Below are positions 55,607 to 64,000 of a DNA stretch of 64,000 nt, piece after piece (position 1 is the first letter of the stretch; each line of letters begins with the position of its first letter). The notes under the pieces were generated by a model that had not been told where the DNA came from, ran no database searches, and saw only the letters and a program-made list of their open reading frames with translations. The DNA is taken from positions 288,242,633-288,306,632 of the forward strand of contig NC_085843.1 in assembly GCF_035594765.1 (NCBI RefSeq). The letters run 5' to 3'. This DNA comes from Anolis carolinensis (taxonomy: Eukaryota). Both the position numbers and the translations under genes were made by a program.

Positions 55607-58600
55607 TCATGGCCGGGATCACAGGGTGGTTGTATGTCTTTCGGGCTGTGTGGCCATGTTCCAGAAGTATTCTCTCCTGACGTTTCGCCCACATCTATGG
55701 CAGGCATCCTCAGAGGTTGTGAGGCATGGATAAACTAGGCAAGGAAAGTAAATATATATTTACCCTGGACTCTCCACAGATATATATTTACCTTCCTTGC
55801 CTAGTTTAGTCATGCCTCACAACCTCTGAGGATGCCTGCCATAGATGTGGGTGAAACGTCAGGAGACAATACTTCTGGAACATGGCCACACAGCCAGAAA
55901 GACATACAACAACCCCAATTTCCTTCTCCTCCCTTTGCTGCTTGGGCTCCTTTTCTCTCCCTTTAGTTTCTCCTTCCTTAGGATGTAAATTGGAATTTTT
56001 TATGATTCATAATAGTCTTTTAGAGTTTATTGAAAAACCGCAAAACAGTGGATCCGCAAAAAGTGAAAAGTAGTGAAGGAACACTGTATTTCTACTTTAA
56101 AATCAGCTGTTTAATCCAACTCAGGACCCCATGCTGGCTCCGGAGTAAGTCTCCTCTGCTTGCCTCATTGCCCTGCCCCAAAGGTTTGGTCCCACAGCCA
56201 GGACCATCTTTCTGAAATACTATAAATAATAATAATAATAACTTTATTCTAATACCCCGCCCCATCTCCCCAGAGGGACTCGGGGCGGCTTACATGGGGC
56301 CAAGCCCAGACATAACAATATAAAAGCGAACAATGCAATAAAACAAACAATCAACGATAAACAACAATATTGATAAACACAGTCATAAAAAGTCAGCATA
56401 CAAGATAGATATTAAAAAACATGAATTGAATTTACGAATCTGGGCCAAGGTGCAAAATATTATTTAAATTTATATTCCGCTCTTCTCACCCCAAAGGGTA
56501 TTTATATTCGCCCTTCTCACCCCAAAGGGGACTCCGGGCGGATCACAGATCACAAGTCCGCGGCAAACATTCAGTGCCAGTTATATGGTGACAAGACAGA
56601 CAACAGATTCGGGTATTCTTTAGGCTTTCCCGTCTTTTCGGCATCGGTTGTGGCCACAGGGGGGTGCTGTCGCGCCATCTCCTTGCCGAAGATCATTCTT
56701 TTGTTTGTAAACTTTTCCTCCTTTTTCCACCTAAAACACCTTCCTGCTTTAATGCGGCTCCTATTTATCTACTCACATTGCTGTTTCCAATCCATTAGGT
56801 GGGCAGGTAGCTGGGCTGAAGGCCAAGGGTTCAATCTGACCCAGCTTTGGTTGCCAAGCAAGAATTGCTGCAGCTGCAGCTGGCGATTAACCCGCTGTGC
56901 TAAAGCCAACCCTGTACTTACATACATATAAGGATGCTTATATCACTTATAATGAGGGAGATGGCCCTCCTTTGTAAACTGTAAAGGGGTTGTGTCAGAG
57001 TATTTTGCAGCGCAGCAGTAGTTTTATGGAATCACTGGAGCGCAGAACGAAGAGACATCAGAGACGATGGTAAAACTATATACAAAGTTTTACTGTAAGC
57101 AGTAATAATCAAGACAAACAAGCTTGAAGACAATAGACGAACACAGGACTTTCACTCTCAGCAGACAGCACTCAACACAACTCAGAACAGAACTGAACTG
57201 ATCTGATGCAATCAGTAATGCACAAACACTTGTGTCTGGACACTCCCCAGTTCCAGCCACACATCAAGGACATCACAGCTTCTCAGTAATTAACTCTTTC
57301 CAGACTATAGTACACTCTGGATGATGCAATCAGTACGCAATACAGGCATGACACAAATTGCATTTAAACTCTACCAATTGCATTTAAACACTACTTGCTC
57401 TTCCGACAAGCTTTCAATGGGTGAAAAACTCGGGGCTATGTCTGTTTTTATTGTTGCTTTTATTGTTGTTTTTATTGTTATTTTAAAGCTAAGTGTATTG
57501 TTTTTATTTCTGTAAACCGCTCCGAGCCAAACTGGGAGTAGCGGCATACAAGTTTAATAAATAAATACACAAATCCCACATTAACAGATTGATAGAGATT
57601 CTTCGCATGACCTCCCACAAAGTTCTTGCTGCACCCCTCCCCACTCGTTCTTGAAAGCCACCACAACCTCAAAGGTTTCCTTATGTTAAAAAGAACATCA
57701 ACACAAGGCCGCTTGCATTACCAACACTGCTCAAGAAGCGTCAACATCTGGAATCAACATTTTCCAGGATGGAAGACATTTATCAGTAATGTACACCTTT
57801 GGGAGAACATCACTGAAATATTGCTATAGAAGTGACCGTATTACAATCCAGAAATTGTGACAGAGACGCTGTTCACTCGCCTCTCTGCTCCATTGGGAAG
57901 GAGAGAGATGGTGTGCCTTGGGAGCATCAGGTCTGCAAGGAAAGCAGAATTCTAGACACTGGGGCCTCCTTTTCTCAAGGGAAGAAAGAGGGAGAAGTGT
58001 GGTTTTGCAGCCATAATATGGTTGCATCGAGTCAGTTTCTGCTGTAGATGAAACAGGGATTCTAATCCTTGGCATTGTTATTATTATTATTTTTATTATT
58101 AAACTTTATTTGTACCCCGCTAGCATCTCCCGAAGGACTCGATGTGGCTTACAAAGGCCAAGGCCTCAACACACAATATAACAATACAAAATAAAAGGCA
58201 AATTAAAAACAATTAAAACAGTATAAACAACAAGCAATAAACAATACGCTAAAACACAATAGAACTGGGCCGGGCCAGAGTAATGGGTACAAGATTAAAA
58301 GTGCTGTTGTGACAGGTGAAATATAAGGCTTCTAGGGCAAGTGCAGAGTGCGATAGGCGATCTTAGTTCTAATAAAGTGCTGATGGGACTTGGTGTTGGA
58401 GATTTCCTATTCATCTGGGAAGGCACATTGGAACAGCCAGGTCTTCAAGTTCTTTCTGAAGTCTGCCAGTGTAGGGGCCTGTCTGAGATCCTTGGGGAGA
58501 GTGTTCCAGAATCGGGGGGCCACCACGGAGAAGGCCCCGTCTCGTGTCCCCACCAACCGCGCTTGCGACGCAGGCGGGATCACGAGCAGGGCCTCTCCAG

Positions 58601-61600
58601 ATGACCGAAGTGAACGCGTGGGTTCGTAGACGGAGATGCGGTCATGGAGGTAGGATGGTCCCAAACCGTTCAGGGCTTTGTAGGTAAGAACCTGCACCTT
58701 AAATTGGGCTCATTAAATTGTTCTTAGGGAAAGAAGATGCATTTTGGCGTTTTGGAAGCTTTGGTGTGTTGGCAGATGTGCAAGGAAGCCGTCTGGCCTA
58801 AGAGGAAAGATGGAGAAATGGCACCTGCGTGAATGCTGAGTAACAAAGGCCGATGCCTAAAGCAGCCTCAGGGCCATTTAGAAACCTCCAGTTTCCAAAC
58901 TTTTGGTGACCCCAGCATTGAGCAAAGGGGGCCCATCTGGGGGCTGGAGCCACACTTTGAGGTGCAGCCTCTTGGCTCCTGGAAGATGAAGCCTGAAGCA
59001 GCCGGAGGACCAGCCTTTGGGAGACTGCAGTCCCTTCTTGTCAGCCTCAGACCCTGCATCCATGCCCCCCCCCCATTGACCCTCCTTCTCTTGAACTCTG
59101 ATCCTCCAATTGACCCCTCTTCTGTTGATCTCTGAACTCCCCAATTGACCCCTCTTCTCTTGACCTCTGACCCTCCCAACGCAGGTGGTCTTCCATGACG
59201 TGGAGCCGCTGGTGGAGAGGCTGCTCCCGGTCATCGGCCCCATGCAGGAGCTCTTCAGCGCCGGCGCAGGCACCTACTACAGCGACGCCATCTTCTTCCT
59301 CTCGGTCGCCATGCACCGCATCATGCCCGCAGGTGGGTGCCTCCCCGTCCTTGGCTCAGGGATTATGGGCCCTGCCATCCAGCACGGCTCCTTTGCGGGG
59401 CTGCCGGGACCCCCTCCGCCTCTGGCATTGCCCAGGTCTGCTCTCTAAAGCTCGCTAAAGGTGTATCTCACCAAGGTATTGGTACAGTTTGTCATGTCTG
59501 AGTGGTAAGGGATCCTGGGAGCCGTAGCTTTGCGAATGGTCTTTGGCAGAGAAGGCTGAAGACCTAAAGTGTCATCTGCAGAGACCAGTGTAAACACCGC
59601 ACAAGAGAATCTATGAGTTGTTAAGCTCAAATGACCCTCTTTATGAGGTAAATTCCCAGGAAAAAACAGCAGAGTGTGTGGAAGTGTGCCTTCCAAAACA
59701 GCAGGAAACTTACGCGGAGCGAGTTTAGGAAAGCCTTTGTCTTCTGGATGGCAAAGGATCGCAAAGTCAGCTTAAAAGTTTAGAAGCATTTATTGAGGTA
59801 AAAGAAATCCATTGATGGATAGAAAAGGTTTGGAGCTGACTAGCTTATCTATGCTGGTCTAAGACAGGTAGGCTGGTGAAAATAATAAACAACTCTAGAT
59901 AGCTACATTTTGCCTATGAGAAGAGGCAAAATGCATCCCTTTTGATGTAACAAAGGGATCAGAAAGAGAATTAAGATCAGAATGGAATGGCGACCAAACT
60001 GCATGGTCTGTGCCTTTTGCTCAGGGCCATAAAAATTCCAATCTAATTGAGGAAGTTACATCAAACCCTACAAGAGGTCACATTGCTAAATAAACAAGTG
60101 AATGGGTGGATCCAAACAGAACAGGAAGAAGGAAGAAACAGCAAAGCCTATCTGGCATGCATGGGATATAGAGAGGTGTCCCTCAGTCTATTTCTATGCT
60201 TTCTATCTAATCATGGAGACTTGAGCAGTGCAGGATGACATCTCTAACAATCCCCAAAACAGTCTCTAGGTGGCGATGGGGATCGCAGTCTGGGCTTTTG
60301 GGATTGCGCAGAGCCTTGAGCCGGGCAGCCCAGGTGCGGTCGGGCTGCATTCCTTCCATGGTGTGGACATGCCGTGGGGCACACACGCAACATGAAATAA
60401 TGACGCAGCAGAAGAGTGTGAAGAGATGGCACTCTGCACATCCAAGGCCAGGCCCCTGATAGTCATAATCACGATAATACTTTATTTCTAGGCCACCCTA
60501 TCTCCCAAAAGGCTCTCAGGGCAGATCAGCAAACATTCAATTCCTCTAAAACATAACATAATAAAGCACTTCATAATAAAACAACCATATAGAGGGCATC
60601 AGAATATACTTATAAAACCACCCAAATTAGTGGCAAGGGATTTAAATATGCAGGTCCTCCCTCTTCTTCACCCCCTCCTTTACCCCCAGAGATCTCCCGG
60701 CTGATCCTGGTGGACCTGGACGTGGAGTACCGGGCCAGCATCCAGGAGCTCTTTGAGGAGTTCGACCGCTTCCCCGAAGGAGCCGTCATCGGCATCGCCC
60801 ACGAGATGCAGCCCGTCTACAGGTAGGGGACGGGGACACCCCCCCCCCCCAGATGTGGGGCTGAAGCGCTGCGAGGGGGTGCTTGTGGGCTGACTGTGTT
60901 TTCTTAACGCCTCCATCTACTCCAACCTTGGTTTTGCTCCTTGCAAAACTCACCCCGTTTCCTGTATCACACCTCTGAGATCAGATAGGTTGCCTGATAA
61001 AAATACTTCTTTCCGGTCATTTCAAACCCTTTGCCCAGACCTGCTTCCCTGTTGAGGCTGAATTGGGGGCCCCTATTTTGAGCCCCCTTGACCATCCGGC
61101 CTTCCACCCGTTCTTCCTCCACTCGGTCTTTTCACAACAGTTTCTGACATCTTTGCAATCAGAGGATCGTCTTGAGTACAATAGGCTTTCAGTCTCTGGT
61201 GGACCTGCTTCAGATGCTGCTTAGGGAATCCTCTGCCACCATCTTCCACCTGTATTGGTCATTATCTAGTACAGGCCTGGGAAAACTTGGGCTGACTGGG
61301 TGTTTTGGACCTCAACTCCATACAGGCTGTTAGGAATTGTGGGAGTTGAAGTCCAACACACCCAGACAGCCCAAGTTTGCTCATGCCTGATCTAGTGTTT
61401 TCTTCCATGCAGAGAGCAGCATCGTGGTGTCTTTGAATATGGTCTGTCCTGGTTGTTCCACTATGTGCAATATTATCCTCCGCATGAATGTCTCCTTGCA
61501 GCTTGGGCTTGCCTTCATTTTGGACTGGTGCTCCTTCCTGCATTGTTGTTGTTGTTGCTAATAAGAAGAAGAAATCATCCTTTATTTGTACCCCGCCTCC

Positions 61601-61672
61601 ATCCCCCATAGGGACTTGGGGTGGTTTACACAATGACATGCAATAGTGCCATAACATATACAATACAATACG

Positions 61673-61726
<54 letters not shown>

Positions 61727-62003
61727 CTTTATTTATATACCGCTCCATCTCCTCAAGAGGACTCAGGGTGGTTTCCAGCATGGACAAAACACTCAGTTGT
61801 CAAAATAACATACAACAGCATATATCACTCATATAGCAACGATAATATATCACTCAGAACACAATAGATAAAAACTAACATATAAAATCAATAAAAGCAA
61901 ACTCAATTAAATAGATACAGTAAAATGTGGTTGTAGCCATAATTAAAAGATCCATACAATGGTTCAGTGTCTCAACTGTAGTACCTTAAATGATGGAAGG
62001 TGC

Positions 62004-62060
<57 letters not shown>

Positions 62061-62306
62061 TGCTATCTACCTAGCAATGCGCAAGGGTACCTCCCAAGGG
62101 GTGAGCACTTGGCTTAGGAAAGCGTCTGTGCATGTTGCTAGGTAGATAGCAAGCTACCTAGCAACGCACATGGGGCACTTCCTTCAACCAGCTTGCCGGA
62201 TAATAGGGCCTCCCTATTATCCATCAGATCCGGTTATTCGACATTTGGCCCACCCATTTATGTCGAATAACCGGAACCCTACTGTATTATAATAATAATA
62301 ATAATA

Positions 62307-62338
<32 letters not shown>

Positions 62339-63141
62339 GGCAATTAGGTTGGCAATTGTCTAAACAGTGAAAAGCCTGCTGAAACAACCACGTTTTTAAT
62401 TCTTTTCTGAAGTGCAGTAGTGTGGTGGCCTGCCTAAATTCTCTGGAGAGGGCATTCCAAAGCCGGGGGGCCACTACTGAGAAGACCCTCTCTCTCGTCT
62501 GCACCAACCGCTCTTGAAATGTGGCTTCCCTGGCAGATCTTAGAGCCCGCGCTGGTTCATGGGGGGTTGGATGTGGTCATGAAGTTAGGCTGGACCGAAC
62601 CGCATAGGGCTTTGTACTTTGAACTGGGCCTGGAAACAAATGGGCAGCCAGTGGAGCTGCTTCCTTGAGGGCATGGCATGGCCGTAACCTTTCTCTCCCG
62701 CCCGCCCGCAGGCACCTGTTCTGGCAGTTCCGGAAGGAGCACCCGGGGACGCGTGTGGGGGACCCCCCTCCGGAGGGGCTTCCCGGCTTCAACAGCGGGG
62801 TGCTGCTGCTGGACCTGCCGGCCATGCGGGCCTCGGGGCTGTACAACGGCCTGCTGGAGGAGGGCCCGCTCCGTGCGCTGGCCCAGCGGTTCCGCTTCCG
62901 GGGCCACCTGGGCGACCAGGACTTCTTCACGCTGGCCGGCATGGAGCACCCGGGCCTCTTCCACCGCCTGCCCTGCGCCTGGAACCGCCAGCTCTGCACC
63001 TGGTGGCGCCTCCACGGCTACCAGGACGTCTTCGAGCACTACTTCCGCTGCGACCAGGCGCCCGTCAAGCTCTTCCACGGCAACTGCAACACCCCCATCC
63101 CCCAGGAGGAGCCCCCACGGGGGGCGGGGGGCGGGGGGTGA
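51501..63141 (+). CDS. XXYLT1: Xyloside xylosyltransferase 1 (GT8, type II membrane protein), 351 aa; exons 51501-51845, 59185-59332, 60690-60822, 62712-63141
   Basis: N-terminal TM segment; GTYYSDAIFFLSVAMHRIMP, DLD (DxD), IGIAHEMQPVYRHLFWQFR, GFNSGVLLLDL, GHLGDQDFFT, WNRQLCTWW, HGNCNTPIP. Junctions in frame (345+148+133+430 nt). Confidence 0.96.
51997..54480 (+). repeat. Tandem array of 15 R4/Dong-like LINE 3' ends (plus 2 partial) separated by (AAT)n
   Basis: catcacacag..gacacttgggaagtgtt..tgtttgctgtgtcata recurs at ~52265, 52449, 52564, 52738, 52865, 53022, 53192, 53352, 53464, 53585, 53697, 53839, 53951, 54063, 54222. The first unit encodes VVPVVMGTLGAVPKDL..ICQLQKATLLGSAHIIRKY (RLE-type C-terminus). 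Confidence 0.9.
55676..55716 (-). ncRNA. Minimal type I hammerhead ribozyme motif
   Basis: Minus strand CCT-CTGAGGA-T-GCCTGC-CATAGAT-GTGGGC-GAAAC-GTC-AGG. Confidence 0.8.
55823..55863 (+). ncRNA. Minimal type I hammerhead ribozyme motif
   Basis: CCT-CTGAGGA-T-GCCTGC-CATAGAT-GTGGGT-GAAAC-GTC-AGG. Confidence 0.75.
58080..58710 (-). mobile_element. L2 LINE 3' end
   Basis: QVLTYKALNGLGPSYLHDRISVYEPTRSLRSS..AFSVVAPRFWNTLP..FRKNLKTWLFQCAF plus 3' UTR and tail. Confidence 0.88.
59070..59178 (+). repeat. About three copies of a ~34-bp pyrimidine-rich repeat forming the acceptor region of XXYLT1 exon 2
   Basis: cc(a/c)attgaccc(c)tc(c)ttct(c/g)ttga.ctctga repeated three times before cgcag. Confidence 0.75.
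59600..60249 (-). mobile_element. LTR-like dispersed repeat, copy 2
   Basis: Colinear with 2070-2793 and lacks the Penelope insert (empty site catggagacttgag). Confidence 0.6.
61272..61389. mobile_element. hAT-type palindromic MITE
   Basis: CAGGC...GCCTG termini, 8-bp TSD ATCTAGT(A/G). Confidence 0.8.
62345..62645 (-). mobile_element. L2 LINE fragment
   Basis: RERVFSVVAPRLWNALSREFRQATTLLHFRKELKTWLFQQAF. Confidence 0.8.
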
Positions 63142-64000
63142 CTGACCCCGAGGGCAACGGGGGAGGGCAGGCGTAGGCACGGGTCAGGACGGCCCCTCCC
63201 GCCGGACACTGGCGCAGTGCAGGACAATGGGACCACCAAAGGGGCAAGCGCTTCCCCTCTCCGTCTGTCCATCCGTCCATCCGGCTGCTGGACGTCACTC
63301 CGCCAGGAAGCAGCCGTTTCCTCTGAGGAATCCTGGCAGAAAGAGAGAGAGTGGGGGGGAGGATGGTCCCCTGGGGACTACTGGGGAGGGGGACATTCTT
63401 CCTGGCGAAAGGGATGATCCACGTTCAGGGGCTTCTCTCCCAAGGGATGCCTCATGAAGCCAGCCTGGAGCTGAAGCCCCCTCCCCATACCCACCCTCTT
63501 GGCGTCCGGCTGGAGCTGGGTCTTTGGGGCCAGACTCTGAGAGAGGACAGAAGGCCGGCCTGGCAAGGAAGAGAGAGGCAGGACCACAGGCCTTTGGAGC
63601 AAACTCTGGAGCTGGAAATAAAGCATCTTTGGGCCGGTGGCCTTTGTCTTTGCGGAGGAGCCTCTTTGCCCCGCCTGCTTTGGGAGCCGGATCCCGCCTT
63701 GGACTGGTCCTCGCCCTTGGGACCAGTGGGCTGAAGCAGAGGGGTCCGCCCTGGCTCTGGGATCCCCCTAAGGGGTCGCCTTCCGCCCTGGACCCCAGAA
63801 GGGTCAGTGGGGTCAGAGGGGCCTGTCCCCTTTGGATGCCGGCCTGCGGACTCTGAGGACCCGGCTCAGAGTTCAGCAGGTGCAGAGAGGGGCCAAAGCC
63901 AAGGGGCAGGGGGCATTGTATTGTATTGTTCTGGGCATGGCCCCGTGTAAACCGCCCCGAGTCCCCGTTGGGGAGATGGTGGCGGGGTATAAATAAAGTT

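Larger units (their letters stand above)
55260..55916. mobile_element. Penelope fold-back (arms ~55624-55758 / 55779-55915) with an L2 tail inserted at ~55279-55605
   Basis: ~135-bp inverted arms; 12-bp TSD AATTTCCTTCTC at 55248-55259 and 55917-55928; terminus gtgttgtcgaaggctttc|atggcc split by the L2 tail. Confidence 0.85.
55110..56086. mobile_element. Tc1/mariner-like DNA transposon hosting nested Penelope and L2 insertions
   Basis: TIR CAG(C/T)GTTCC(C/T)TCACT, TA TSD at both ends. Confidence 0.8.

Noticed and set aside
56990-57610. Another LTR-like AT-rich block
   Set aside because: Composition suggests a repeat, but I could not define termini or a TSD.
62557-63180. Antisense ORFs over coding exons (also 87-713, 46157-46972)
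   Set aside because: Shadow ORFs caused by high GC3 in the sense genes.

Overview
Eukaryotic, intron-rich vertebrate DNA. The repeat content (Sauria SINE, Anolis-type tRNA SINE, CR1, L2, Vingi, R4/Dong, Penelope, Helitron, Tc1/mariner and hAT MITEs) points to a squamate, probably an Anolis lizard (inference). Five + strand genes lie in a compact, GC-rich block matching human 3q29 gene content: the last exon of a BDH1-type SDR, then APOD, PPP1R2, ACAP2 and XXYLT1. Exon chains were rebuilt by hand from GT-AG sites and reading-frame continuity. Most notable observations: (1) a ~2.4 kb array of 15 R4/Dong retrotransposon 3' ends separated by variable (AAT)n spacers in XXYLT1 intron 1; (2) a family of TSD-flanked fold-back Penelope insertions carrying minimal type I hammerhead ribozymes, in introns and a probable 3' UTR; (3) alternative coding exons: two candidate last exons of PPP1R2 (one adds an RVxF motif), and in ACAP2 a 21-nt PH-domain microexon, a 105-nt cassette and two alternative C-termini; (4) a four-fold repeated CCAAT/GC/ATGGCGGC promoter module whose last copy supplies the XXYLT1 start codon. 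Repeat family names come from recognition, not from a database search.
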